64,000 nt of DNA from Macrostomum hystrix (lineage: Eukaryota > Animalia > Platyhelminthes): the NCBI GenBank assembly GCA_950097015.1, contig CATNEN010000005.1, forward strand, positions 1,674,001 to 1,738,000, given 5' to 3'. The position numbers were made by a program, and so were the translations under genes. Shown here piece after piece: positions 23,342 to 36,400 of the stretch (its first letter is position 1; each line of letters begins with the position of its first letter). Under the pieces are notes generated by a model. It had not been told where the DNA came from. It searched no databases and saw only the letters and a list, made by a program, of their open reading frames with translations.

Positions 23342-26240
23342 ATGGATCTTGCGGCTGGTTCAAGTAGGCGCTCTTCGAATAGAGTAGTGAAACCAGTGCA
23401 ACGATTGGCAAATTCTGCTGCGTCATTTTATGATTCGAAGTACCTACTATTCTTCATTCGAAAGACAAGAACTTATCATAACTTTTCCCGTGGCAGTCTT
23501 GCACTTAGCCATAATGAGCCTGATGTGAAATTCATTTTTGTAAGTAATTTTTTGCTTACTTACTAGGCCCAGGCCTAATCCTAGTAATTGTTACAAATGC
23601 TATTGCATATTGTATACAAAATTCTGCAGGATTTGAAAAAATAAATAAATTGCTTGAGTGCATATGGCTTAAAATGAATGTAGTTTTGTGTGCCTAACTA
23701 TCAAATATCTATTAACTCCTACAAATATATTTATTAGGGCCTAAAGTTAAATGAAGCTAAATAGTTTTTTATATTGTTTTACTAGTAGGCTGGGCTTCTA
23801 TAGCCATATGCCTAGTTTAGGCCATGTAGGGAGTAGGCCCTGATGCCCAACTATAGAACTAGTTAGGTATTTTTTAGTGAATTAGGCTTATTCTAAGATT
23901 TCATCTTTTTATAGTTTTAGTAATACTAGGCCAAGGCTGTTTAATTTGCAAAAGACTACTTTTTAGTGCTTGAAATAGGCTGTTTAGTTGCTATCAATGT
24001 TAGAGTATGATTAGCTAACTCATGCATAAAGAACTATGGTTGGTTTGGCTAGCTTTCCTTTCTTTTCTATATGTTCTCTATTCTAAGTATAGAGAGAATA
24101 TAGAATTTTGGCCATTTTTAAATGTCTTATTGTCTATTTTTTTAATATATATTTTGTATAATGTATTCATTTTCAAACTTGACTGCCTTCATTGATTTTT
24201 ATAACATTTTATATAGTGGTCTCAGTATGTTTATATATCTATTTATCTATGAGCTATTTTATTCCTATGCTAAGCCTAAGGTGTTCAATTCATAGGAAGG
24301 TCTATTTGCTGATAAGGTAGGCCCTATATTCTATCCAATAGCAAGTTTACTATTTGAACTATTGTCCAGTGCTTTAGTTTTCTATTTTAATATTTCTTAT
24401 ACTTTTAGTTTTCCTAGTATTTTAATAGGCTATATTTGCCAACTCTATTAAGCTATCTAAAGTTTTATTTTAGTTAAGTTTGTCTATTTTTCCAATGGAT
24501 TTATTCTCTTTAGCTTGTCTATCTTTCTAAAGGACTCTTTTGTTTAGTTTGTCTAACTTTCTAATAGGCTATATCTATTTTGTTAACTATTCTAAAAAGA
24601 ATTTTCTATTTAGTTTGTTTATAATTCTTAATTAAAAAATTAATTTGGTCTAATATTAGCTCAAAATCTAATAATGAATCACATTTTTATTTTAGGGTGA
24701 GGACTACCCACTTGCTCTCAAGGATGGCATTTTCAATGGCATGTTCATTGCAGCTGAACCATGGTCAAAAATGATCTACCTTGAGAAGGAGCTTGATGCA
24801 TTCATAACTGAAAACAAGGAGAACTCCGAGCTCTCTGATCATGTCCAGTCTCATATGAAAGTCTTCATGAGACAACAAGAAGACTCAAGTGATGAAGATG
24901 CAGGTGATATTGACGATTCGGATGATGATGAGACCTGGCAGCCTACTCCGCCTCCTACTCAGGTTTCTTTTGTAAGCCCAAGTCCAGTTTCGACACCTAC
25001 AGCTGCTCATTCTCGTGCTAGGAAGCAATCTAAAGGCAGTCTAGCAAACAAGCGGCCAAGGACAGCTGGTACTCATGTTGAAGACAGACACCAAAATTCT
25101 GAGGCATCATTGGCTTTAATTGCAAGTGAGGAACAGCGTGCCTTACCACCGGAACTACTTCCTCAAGTTCTTCAGGCTCATGAATCAGCAAAGGCAGCAA
25201 GTGCAAACGATCCCACAAATTCCAAGCCTCTCACACTGGCTGAATTTCAGGAAGGAATGGGTAAGGTTTAATTATTTCTTTCTTGTGCTTTTGTTTTTAT
25301 GCTTTATTCTCATTATCTCAGTGTAATACAACTTTTTTACTCACAAATCCTGCATTTCGTGCTGCTTTATGTAATCACTATCAGTATAGTACAAATGTGA
25401 AACACCAAATGTTTCAGACAGTTTGAAGCGGTTCATCGCTCACAAACTGAGGAAGATTCGCACTTCATCATCCAGCTTGCATCAAATGGTATCAGCTGAT
25501 TTCCTTAAGGAGGTAGGTTTCTCAGTTTCTGTGCAAATTAATTTACTTTCTTTACTAACCATTTACTATAAAATTATTATATGCTTTACTTTGCCATTTT
25601 ACTTTACTGTTTTTCTTATTTTTCGCTCTTCTTCATGTGGCTTGACGTTTTCACATTTCACTGACATTTATCATGACATAATCCAAACAATCGGTCCTGA
25701 GTACCAATTTTCTTTGTACTTTTTCGTAGGAATTTGAAGGCCACGATGGGCGAGTTTGCAATTTCTCAGATCTGCCTCGTACAACGACGTCGAAGTTCAT
25801 CAGGGCATATGCTTCTGCGAGGTATGGCGTCGAGTATGTGCAATCGCATGTTTTCGGAGAGTACAAAGGCACGACACAAAGGCCAAAGGCTCCAGGAGAA
25901 GTGCAAGACCATCTTAAGAGTAAGCGATACAATTTCTTTGCAACTGAATGTTTTTTGGCAACTGACTTAGTATTGTGGGCATTAGATGGATGCAGGTCAT
26001 TCTATATAGTCTTTTAAAGCTAAAAATTCAAACTGGCTCACTGTAGCCATTCCATTGTTGGAAAATGTTTGTGTGAATTTGCTGCTACTATAAAATCTTT
26101 CTTAAAAAAAACTAGGCATTCTGAACAAGGCCTTCAATATCCCGAGGGATCAGACGGTTTCTGCGTGGACAGCCGTCAAAGACTCTCTGAATCGACTTGG
26201 TCCAGAGTCAACCTTCCGCAAGCGAAAGGCCGGTGATTAG
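23342..26240 (+). CDS. CACTA accessory gene, 5 exons, 390 aa, C-terminal BEN-like domain
   Basis: Exons 23342-23539, 24696-25260, 25418-25512, 25730-25919 and 26116-26240 splice in frame (1173 nt). The C-terminus TSKFIRAYASARYGVEYVQSHVFGEYKG...HLKSILNKAF...AWTAVKDSLN resembles BEN helical spacing (recognised by eye). Confidence 0.65.
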
Positions 26241-26700
26241 ACTGACGGCTAAACGTGTGTCGCAATATTTTAACTGAAGATGCAATCACCCAACTGCCAT
26301 TCGACATGTAACAAACTATAACGTTTTTGAACTGAATCGATCCCTATTTTACGTTATCTGCGCTAAAGTCAAACTCTTACTCTGTAGTGTTTTTTTAATA
26401 TAAAATGAAGCGACTACCTTAATTATTTTTTTAGAATAATAACTGTTGCGTTTGAAAAGTGTTGGCACTCTTTGTATGGGTAGTTAGGATACCCTTAATG
26501 ATTTCCGTAGTCGTTCAAAATGTATATATGTGGAAGAATCTAAACTCCTTCAACTTTAACGCCACCGAGCTAATTTATTCCACTTCATTTCATATTTATC
26601 GATAGATGATGGTGCACATTCTTATTTCGATGGCACGGGTACGTAATTTTCTCCAAACTTTTCAGTCTATCCTAACACTCGTAGAACTGAAGTTGAAATT

Positions 26701-29145
26701 ATGAGTTCGTCGTCGGAAAGTCTGTCCTCTGGGTCGTCGGAAAGTCTGTCCTCTGGGTCGTCGGAAAGTCTGTCCTCTGGGTCGTCGGAAAGTCTGTCCT
26801 CTGGGTCGTCGGAAAGTCTGTCCTCTGGGTCGTCATATGTCTCGATGTCGGTTGATTCAAGTACACATTCGATTGACACATCCATGGGTGAATACAGCGA
26901 TTCGAGCTCTTCCGCTGCAATTCAAGCAAACGTCGGCGAGCAACCGACTATTGCAATTCCTGCTGATGACGAGAATGAAGTGCAGGCAGCTGGTCCATCT
27001 GATATCGAGCACCCTGAAATATTTTCTGCGGATGAGGATAGTAACCTTCTTTCTGTCTTTTGTATCCAAGGTATCTCTATGGAGGTCAAATGTGCCCTTC
27101 TAATGTTGTGGATGATCTTGTCGAACGTTTCCAAGAAAGCTGTTAAAAACATGCTTCGCCTCATTTCCATTCTGTCTCCTCGCGCTGCTTTACCTACATC
27201 TTACAAAGCAATGGAAGCGGTTCTGCTTCGTTCATTCATTTTAAAACCGGACTTCGTTGTGAAAGTTTGTTTAGCGTGTCTACTTATAAACTGTAGTGAA
27301 CATCCAGTCGACTCTTTCGAGGGACTATGGCTCTTAAATGTAAACCATCAGGTGGAGCTTACAGTTGAAAGGCATTTAAATGATATTTTATCTTACCAGC
27401 GTGAGCTAAGGCGAGGATTTCAAACTGACATTCTGAACTCTGCTGTTAGCAATGAACTAGAAACCGGCTCATCTCCTGACATTTTTCACTTGTATTTTCT
27501 TCTTTCGGCTGACGGAGCAAACTTCTTTAAAGTTTCTGAAATGTCTGTGTGGCCTTTCTGTGCACTGTGCCTCAATTTGCCTGTTAGATTACGCCAGAAG
27601 TTTGTCAACATTATCACAATCGCTTTGTTTACCAATCGAGGAAAGCCGAATTTTGAAAAGTTTTTGCCTACTATTTTAAATCGCTTGCCTTCGTGTGTAA
27701 AAGTAAGGAATGTGACGTTTTTTCTTCACTTCTCGTTTTTTACCTGCGATTTGCCCGCTTTATCTCACCTTTTTGGAATCAAGCAATTCAACGGACAATT
27801 TGCTTGTCCCAGATGCATCCTACCTGGCAAGTCTCTAAAGGTGTCAGAAAAAGGCCAAGTTCGTGTCTTCCCCGCTGTCCATGGAATTCCGCTTCGAACT
27901 AATGCCATGCATGCGCAGCATCTCACAGTTCTCAAGGCTCAAGGGCTTAAGGATTATTTTGGAATCAAACGCGAAACTGCTCTTCTCAAAATCATTCGTT
28001 TTCCAGAAAATTTCATTGTTGATTCTATGCATTGTCTCTGGGAAGGTCAAGTAAAACACATTCTAGCCTTCTTGACTGATTCTAAGACTAAAAGCTGCAA
28101 TCCCAATCATTACCGTGTGCTAGGCTCAGCATCTGTCAATGTAATCGACTCTCAGATTATGCAACTGAAACTTCCCCAAGGTATTAGCAATGTTCCTCCA
28201 ATTAGTCAGCTCTCACTTTGGAAAGCGAAAACATACAAGATTTTTGCTCTGTATCTGTTTCCATCAATTCTGCTTCCACGAATCGAAAATCCCGAACTTA
28301 GGGGCCTGCTCCTTCTTCTTAATTCTATTTATAACTTGCTGTACTCGCAAAATTCTTGTGTTTCAACTTTAAAACGTCTGTGCAATATGTTTCTTAACCT
28401 GTGTCCTGAGTTTTTTGGCGAACGTGTTCTGCTTCTTAATTTTCATCTTCTCTATCATCTACCCGACCAGTATGAACGATTTGGTCCTCTGTATTGTGCA
28501 TCAATGTTTCCCTTTGAGTCAGCTATGCATGGCTTTAATATGCTTCATTTTGGCAGTCGATTTCATGGAAAGCAAATTTCCGAAAAGTTTTTCTGGCTAA
28601 AAGTGCTATTGTATTCACTGCAACCTGCTGCAGGCTCCAATCCCTCAATTTCTGATGCACTCCTTGTCATCGCTAAGCACTACTGCAATCCTCCTGAGCG
28701 CGAAAATCGAACTCTAGGCGCTTCTGGGGGTAAAATTTTAACAACCACTTCTGCGGATTGCACTTTAAAAACATGTAGTTCGTATGTCCTGGATGTATCA
28801 AATTCATATTTTGCTATTAATCATTTTGCCGATAGCAAAATCTTTGGCTCTTTTCTGACTCCACAATGTCGTTTAATCGACTTACTGTTCAATGCTGTTC
28901 CGGATTTTACCAATATTGGTGCTAGTGCATCTGAACAAGCAATCTTTCTTGCTTTTTTTACATCTGATGTTCCACTCCGAAATATGCTTATCTTTACGAG
29001 TCAGGAACCCACTCGGGAAAATTACAATTGCATACGTCTCACTGATGTGGCTGCGAGGTGCATTCGAGTCGATGTCAACTTTCCGAACTTGCCATCAGGC
29101 AGTTTTTGTCTGGTACCCCTGTTGGAAGAGTGTGAGCACGATTAG
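26701..29145 (+). CDS. CACTA/EnSpm-type transposase, 814 aa, single ORF
   Basis: SADG...SVWP...LNLP...RQK, CDLPA...FNGQFACPRC, VDSMH and FHLLYHL...FGPL...MFPFE motifs; N-terminal 27-bp (SSESLSSGS) repeat x5. Confidence 0.85.
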   Translation: MSSSSESLSSGSSESLSSGSSESLSSGSSESLSSGSSESLSSGSSYVSMSVDSSTHSIDTSMGEYSDSSSSAAIQANVGEQPTIAIPADDENEVQAAGPSDIEHPEIFSADEDSNLLSVFCIQGISMEVKCALLMLWMILSNVSKKAVKNMLRLISILSPRAALPTSYKAMEAVLLRSFILKPDFVVKVCLACLLINCSEHPVDSFEGLWLLNVNHQVELTVERHLNDILSYQRELRRGFQTDILNSAVSNELETGSSPDIFHLYFLLSADGANFFKVSEMSVWPFCALCLNLPVRLRQKFVNIITIALFTNRGKPNFEKFLPTILNRLPSCVKVRNVTFFLHFSFFTCDLPALSHLFGIKQFNGQFACPRCILPGKSLKVSEKGQVRVFPAVHGIPLRTNAMHAQHLTVLKAQGLKDYFGIKRETALLKIIRFPENFIVDSMHCLWEGQVKHILAFLTDSKTKSCNPNHYRVLGSASVNVIDSQIMQLKLPQGISNVPPISQLSLWKAKTYKIFALYLFPSILLPRIENPELRGLLLLLNSIYNLLYSQNSCVSTLKRLCNMFLNLCPEFFGERVLLLNFHLLYHLPDQYERFGPLYCASMFPFESAMHGFNMLHFGSRFHGKQISEKFFWLKVLLYSLQPAAGSNPSISDALLVIAKHYCNPPERENRTLGASGGKILTTTSADCTLKTCSSYVLDVSNSYFAINHFADSKIFGSFLTPQCRLIDLLFNAVPDFTNIGASASEQAIFLAFFTSDVPLRNMLIFTSQEPTRENYNCIRLTDVAARCIRVDVNFPNLPSGSFCLVPLLEECEHD

Positions 29146-30414
29146 CTCAGATAACTTCAAACGCGCGTCAGTTTTTCAGGGTCATTGTCTTGTCTCGTTT
29201 TCTATTCTGTAAGTAGTCCTGGTTGTCAATGTAATCATTGCATGAAATTTTTTCTGGTACGTATTCCTGATTTATCTGCTGGGTAGCTATTGTTGTGTAG
29301 CTTTTGTCGATGTTAGCCAGCCGATGTGTGTGTGCTAGGCTTATTCTAAAAGCTCTATTGCTAGGACACAGGAAGAAAATATGACTGGGGAATTAGACGG
29401 GACCAAGAAAGAGACACTAACTGGCAAACTTTCGGCTAGCAAACGCCGGCTGGCTAACATCGTAGACCCAGTACCATCTAGTACTTGTACTTAAGCAAGC
29501 TTTGTTTCTTGTTAGTTTTTCTAAACTAAAAAGCCCTTTTTCACAAAACATGCGCGCCTAATGCTCAGCTATATTTATCCTACATGTTATGTTTTACGTT
29601 TTCTCTCATATGCCGTGCGCTTTGTTTAGATACACCTAATTCTTTGTCACATTTTTGCAGTTTTTTATGTTTAATTGCTTTTACGTAAAACTCCGGGGAC
29701 ACAAATTTTTTTTTTACATTTGGCTTCTTTGTTTGGTAATAAATATTACATTTTCGGCTCACTCACTTAGTTGAGACCTGTCTTATACATAAAACTAACC
29801 AATTGTGTTATTTTGAGTGTGTCTTATTGTGTGTACATCGCCCATGGTTTGGTAAGACAAACCAGAATAGAACTAAGTACGGTTTTAATGAGCCGATTTA
29901 AACGAAGGTACGAAGTGCAATGTATTCATATATATACGAGTATATATGGCTCGCAAGATGACTAAAAATGCATTATTTCTAATTAATTGCAACCACATTA
30001 TAAATGCATTTTATATATATAGAATTTGCATTATAATGGCAATTATAATGCCATTAAGTGGCAATTATAATGCCATTAAGTGGCATTCAATGTCATTATA
30101 ATGGCCAGTAAAAATGCATTATTTACCCATTATGGGTCCCTAGGGAAATGTGCTCTATGGTCGCGTCTGTACATTTGGATTTTTCAACAGGCATCCAAGC
30201 TATGTACGCTTGGTCGATTATCGATTTCATTGAAAGGATAAGATGGGCTCTGATTGTTTTCTCTGCGCCAACACCTACTAGCTACTACTTGGTTTACCTA
30301 AGCTAAGTATAACTTGCTTTCATTTCACTTTGTTCCGCTTACATTCATCTGATATTATTCATATATCATATTTCTATTCCATATCTATTATTTAAACTAA
30401 TCACTGTACCCAGA

Positions 30415-33400
30415 ATGGCAAAACGTGGTGCTAAAAGCGCATTGACGAAAAGTCGCGAAGCAAAGAGACGCCGCCGAGAAGAATCAGCCGAAGCTCGAGA
30501 GCAGCGACTGCAAGCAGGAAGGCGAGGAAAACAAGAAAGCGAAAAGAAACGTCGGTCTGGCGAGTCGATATCTGAACGCGAAGCCCGCCTGCTAGCAGAT
30601 CAGGAGCGCTCCAGTCGCCGAAGATCGCTGGAGACGGATCCTGAACGCGAAGCCCGCCTGCTGGCAGATCAGGAGCGCTCGAGTCGCCGCAGATCGCTGG
30701 AGACGGATCCTGAACGCGAAGCCCGCCTGCTGGCAGACCAGGAGCGCTCGAGTCGCCGCAGATCGCTGGAGACGGATCCTGAACGCGAAGCCCGCCTGCT
30801 GGCCGACCAGGAGCGCTCGAATTGGCGAAGAACAGAAGAATCTGATTCGCAGCGGGAAGATCGGCTAGAGTTTCATCGATTGCGCTATCGGGCGTCTCTC
30901 GAGCCGGAACAAAGCCTCAGGTAAAGCGACCAATTTGAAGAAAAAGAAATTCATGCCAATATGTTTCTGAGTGAAAAATGTTTTTCAAATGTTTTTACGC
31001 ACAATCAATGCATTGTTGCCGCTTTTCTAGAGCAATCCTCTTGGTTGTTTTAAAGCCAATAATATGTCATTTTGATCGCGTTTTGCACATGTTTGCCTAA
31101 TTTAGCTAAAGTCTGTAAATGCCAAATTCTCTAAACGTACAGTCAAGTGTGTCTGCCTAGCACTCTGCCAATTAGTGCAACGCAAGTCACGAGAGTGCCA
31201 GGAGATGGAAACTGTTACTTCCATGCAGTGTCTGACCAGCTTATCGGCACACCAATTTACATGGACCATAAGCAACTTCGGCATACAGTTGCTGCCAATG
31301 CAAGGCCACTACTCGAAGCTCAGCATGCCACACTTGATGCTCTTGGCCTAACATTGGACAGAGTGATTGCTGAGACAGAGCAGAATGGAGTTGATGTGCA
31401 TGAGCACATTGCACCGATTCTGAATCAACTTCTGGATGTGGATTATGTAATTTATCAGTATGCTGACCACGACAGTAGACAGCTCCAGCTGGTGCAGCAG
31501 GTTTCAGCAGCAAGAAGGCCTGCAGCTGCTGTGGTGCAACTTCTTTATAACCGCCAGGGTGAGCACTATGAGTCTCTGCGTTTTGTGACTCCTGTTCCTG
31601 AGGCCAATGCTGCATCTGCTCTGCCGGAGTTTCTTGCTGGCAACTCTGCAGGGTGAGTCTTTTCATATTTTTATTTTTACATTATATTCTCCAATCCTCA
31701 AAAATGTTTATACCAGGCCTAAGAAATATATCGTCCTGATTATTTCTTGTTTTAAAGGAGTGAAAGCTGCAGTTTTATTTTTTGTTGCAGCCTCAACCGT
31801 CAGGCTGTGGTCAGTGCTGCATCTGATATGACAGAATTTTCAGATGAGGATGCTGAGTGAGTTCTATGGAAATCTATACTTTTTGCCTCTATAACTATGA
31901 ATTACTAGAGAAATTTCTACTGCATTTTGTATCTTTTATTTTGAAAATAGATGTAGCAGTATTGAGAAAAACTAAAAGTACTAAATGCATTGACCCTCTA
32001 CTTTCGTCGACAGTTCCGATTCCACAGCCAGGCCGGAACCACAAGCCCATCAGGTGGGCCCCATGAACGAGCCCTGCCGGCACTGCAACGCCTTGCACTG
32101 GGAACGAGAACCAGCAGGAATTTGCTGTGCAGCTGGCAAGGTAAAGCTGCCCGTGAAGACCGTGCCGCAAATTCTGGAGAACCTGTTCGTTGGACGCCAC
32201 CGGCTGAGCTCTGATTTCTTGGCAAACATCAGAAGCTATAATGCAGTGCTGCACCTCACCTCACTGAAGGCTACCCTGCGACCCATGCGAGGTTACTGCC
32301 CCAGTTACATCATCAATGGGGAGCTGGTCCACAACATCCCGCCTCTGTATGCTGGGGCTTCGGATGTGCCTCATGGCTGGCAGGTTTATTTCACGGACCG
32401 TGAATTGGAGAGCCGCCAGAGTCTAAGCAAAAGTGTCAAACTGGAGCTGCTGCAGCTGCTGCAGGCCGTGTTGCACGACTGCAACGAATATGTCAGGAGT
32501 TTGAAGGCTGCAGCACAGCGGATTGCCGAAGAGCCCAAGCTAGGAGATGCTCGAATTGTCATTTACCCGAACCGCCGACCGACTGAAGAGCATATCCGGT
32601 GAGTCTGACTAAGGGTTTCAGTTCGTTAGTGAATAATGCATTATCGCGGTTTGGTATTTCGTGTACTGTCTGTAAACAGAGTTGAAAAATTAGTTAATCG
32701 TTTATCAATATTGAATAAAAATTTTGTTGATTCGTGATTTCGTGATTCTAGATTTGCTATCTTTCCAAAAACTTATATGCATGTTCGAAACAGTTCATAA
32801 AGACAGGCTGCGGTGAAGTATTCATTGGCCAGTACCCCAATTTTAGGCGCTACAATTTGCCTGAAGCAAATGAGGTCGGCATCCTTGTTGTTGGCGACAC
32901 CTCTGAAGGCTCCATAACTTCACGCGACGTCTTGATTGAGCTTCGACATCCTGATGATGGAAGCCACAGGCGTCTGCACTCAGTTTCTGTGACGCATCGA
33001 GCCTACGATGCACTGCAGTACGTGCTGTTCCTGCCGTACGGACAGGACGGGTGGCACCCAGAACTGAGAATGACCAACAACGGCAAGCTGACTCCTCGCA
33101 AGTACTATGCTAGCGAGATCATGGTGCGGCCTGGTCAGTTCAATGCGCTTCACTACGGCCGCCGACTGTTTCAGCAGTACCTTGTTGATGCTTGCTGCAA
33201 AATTGAGGGCGAGAGGCTTACGTACCTTCGCACCCATCAGGACGACCTTCGAAGCGAAACGTACAGCGGCCTTCGAGACGCCCTTTTTGCTGCAGACGGA
33301 CTGCGGAAAAATTCTGACCCCAATGAAGTCGGGAAGCGAGTTTTTCTGTCTTCCAGCTTCGTAGGCGGGCCCCGCTACATGATGGAGCGACTTCAGGATG

Positions 33401-36400
33401 CTATGGCCTATGTGCATAAGTTTGGCAAGCCAGACCTGTTCATAACAGCTACCTGCAACCCGAAATGGACAGAAATCAGCGCTGAACTGCTACCTGGACA
33501 GCGACCTGAGGATCGACCGGATATTGTCACCCGCGTGTTTGAGCTGAAGAAGAAGGCTCTAATGGCTCGGCTCACAAAATACTTCGGACAGGTGGCTGCG
33601 CACGTCTGTGCTCTGGAGTATCAGAAGCGCGGTGAGAAAAATCTGTCTAAAGGATTTGATTTTTATATTTGGAACTTCTGCGCATTGTGAAAATAGTTTT
33701 TAGTTTCTGGATTGTGTGAATGATTTTTTTAGGAGACCTTCAGATTTTAGAAGATTCAGATATTTAGTTTATTGCGATTTTGCCTTGGCGTAATTACTCG
33801 TTTTTATCAATCAATTACTGAATGATTTCTGAGCATTTCTGTTGTATTGTCGCAACTCAGGTCTGCCGCATGTGCACATTCTGCTGTGGCTGAAGAGCAG
33901 GCATCGTGTGACTCCTGACCGATATGATGAGATTGTTTCGGCGGAGATTCCGGATCCTCAGACTCAACCGGTGCTGCATGAGCTGGTCAAAACCCACATG
34001 ATTCACGGTCCGTGTGGCAAAGTGAACCCCAATTGCGCCTGCATGGAGAATGGCAAATGCAGCAAGGACTTTCCGAAAGATTTCATGCCCGCTACAATGG
34101 TGACTGATGCAGGCTATCCTCGATACAGAAGGCGCTCCCCGGAAATGGGCGGATTCGAGGTGGACAAGCCGTTCAGAGGTGGAACTGTTCGCATGGACAA
34201 TCGGTGAGTGTCAAGCTAAGAACGAATGGCAAGCGCATATCTGAAATTGCGACTATGTACATTTAAACTACGTACGTATTTTAACCATCACATGTTTTAA
34301 TTCAGTCTTTATAATAATTTATGACTAAAATTCACTCAAGCACACAATCACAATTCCATTTTTCTATTGAATTTACAGTGATCACAATTACATTTTTTTC
34401 TCAACAGTTATCTAACGACCTTACATAAAACTTTAAGGTTTGTCGTGCCCTACAATCCAAGTCTGCTGCTTGAATTTGAGTGTCACATAAATGTGGAAGT
34501 CAGTGCATCGGTCAAGTCAGTCAAGTACATCATTAAGTACTTGCTGAAGAATGGCGATATGGCGACCTTCCGAGTGACACAGGCCAAGAATTCGCCACAG
34601 TCCGAGCCTGCGGCTACTGGGAATGCGCCGCAGTCAGCTGATCGGCAGCAGAATCAGCCTGCGCCAGTTCGAGAAGCACGCGATGAGATCTCTGAGTACC
34701 TTTCTGCCCGTTACATTGGACCCATGGAAGCTGTCAATACGATTCTGGGTTTCGAAGTAAGCTGTATGATTATTGTCTTCGATAACTTTTATGCTTTTAT
34801 TATTGCTTGCCACTTTGTTTCGGCGGCCACTGACCTGGAGCCTTAAGATTTAGCTATAATAGCTTTTATTCCGTGATACTAAAGTAATGCTAAATAAAGG
34901 AAATAAATAAATAAATAAATTCTAACATTGCATCAGGTGCACAACAGGTTCCCAGCTGTAATTCGCCTCTGCGTTCACGAGCGAAATAAACAGTTGGTGT
35001 ACTTCAACGAGGCAACTGCGAGCGCCAGGGCAACGGCGCCAAGAGATTCAACGCTAACCGCTTTCTTTAAGCTGTGTCGAACTGACGAGTTCGCTCGGAG
35101 CCTCCTCTACACTGAGGTACCTTCCTTCTTCATCTGGCACCAGAGCGCCAGGGAGTGGCGCCGCGCCAAGCGGGGCGATGATGTTGAAGGATATCCGGGA
35201 GTGAAGCGAAACACCAACATTTCACGCATGTATACCGTGTCTCCGAGAGCAGGAGAGCTGTTCTTCATCCGCCTCCTGCTGCTGCACGTGCGAGGACCGA
35301 CCAGCTACGAGGCACTGCAAACTGTAGATGGCGTGCTGTACGACGCCAGGGCTGCGTGTATAGCTCTCGGCTTGCTGCAGCGAGACGACCACTGGCACAG
35401 ATGCTTGGCAGAGGCTGTGCAGTCACGAATGCCCAGAGCTGTGAGGCACCTGCTTGCAGTTATTCTTGAATGGGGCGAGCCACAAGATGGCGAAAAACTG
35501 TGGAGCAGCTTCGCGGAAGACCTGAGCGAGGACTTGCGCTACCGCCATCCGAACCTGAGCGTCGATGAGGTGACCGACATGGCACTGCGCGAACTGCAGA
35601 ACATGCTGACCTCCATGGGTGGCCGGAGCTTGCCAGAGTACGGGCTGCCTGTTGCCTCAGCTGCACCTTATGTCGGACCACTGCAGTTCGACACGGTCGA
35701 ACAGACCGAGATCGCCGAGATGCGCGTGCCACAGCTGACTGACGAGCAGCGAGCTGCGTATGAATTCATCACTGCAGACGTGATTACCGGCTCTGGCGGC
35801 CTGCACTTTCTGGATGCGCCGGCTGGAACTGGAAAGACGTTTCTGCTAGAGGTGTTGCTGGCTTTCGTGCGCAGCCGGTGCGAAATTGCCATTGCAGTCG
35901 CTTCGTCTGGTATTGCAGCCACACTGCTGCCGGGAGGACAGACGGCGCATTCAGCGTGAGTTCCGTTGATGAATTGATCAGTGGCATCATGCATATTTAA
36001 TCACTTTTGTGAAAATCGTATACTTAAAAGAGTCTTGCAATATTTGTTTGGTAGATTCAAGATTCCGGTGTGTTTGGTGAGGTCAGAAAGAGGCGTCTGC
36101 TCTGTCGGTGCCCAGTCGCGACAAGCTGGCGTGTTCAGGAGCGCGCGTCTCATTGTCTGGGATGAGGTCTCCATGACCAACCGGCAGGACTTGGAGGCCG
36201 TGGACTGGACTCTGCAAGACATTCGGAAGAATGATGCTCCATTTGGAGGAATTGTCGTCGTGTGTAGCGGAGATTTCCGTCAGTTGCTTCCAGTTGTTAA
36301 AAATGGAACCAGGGCAAACAGCGTCGCAGCGTGCGTTAGCAGGTCCAGGTTATGGAAATCATTCCGACGGCACCGCCTGACAAGGAACATTCGGCTGCAG

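Larger units (their letters stand above)
22666..30145 (+). mobile_element. Complete CACTA/EnSpm (CMC superfamily) DNA transposon nested in the Helitron
   Basis: 35-bp TIR CCCTAGGGACCCA(A/T)AATGG(AC/GT)AAATAATGCATTTT with 3 mismatches. 2-bp TSD AA. Subterminal AATGCATT repeats at both ends. Two internal genes. Confidence 0.88.
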
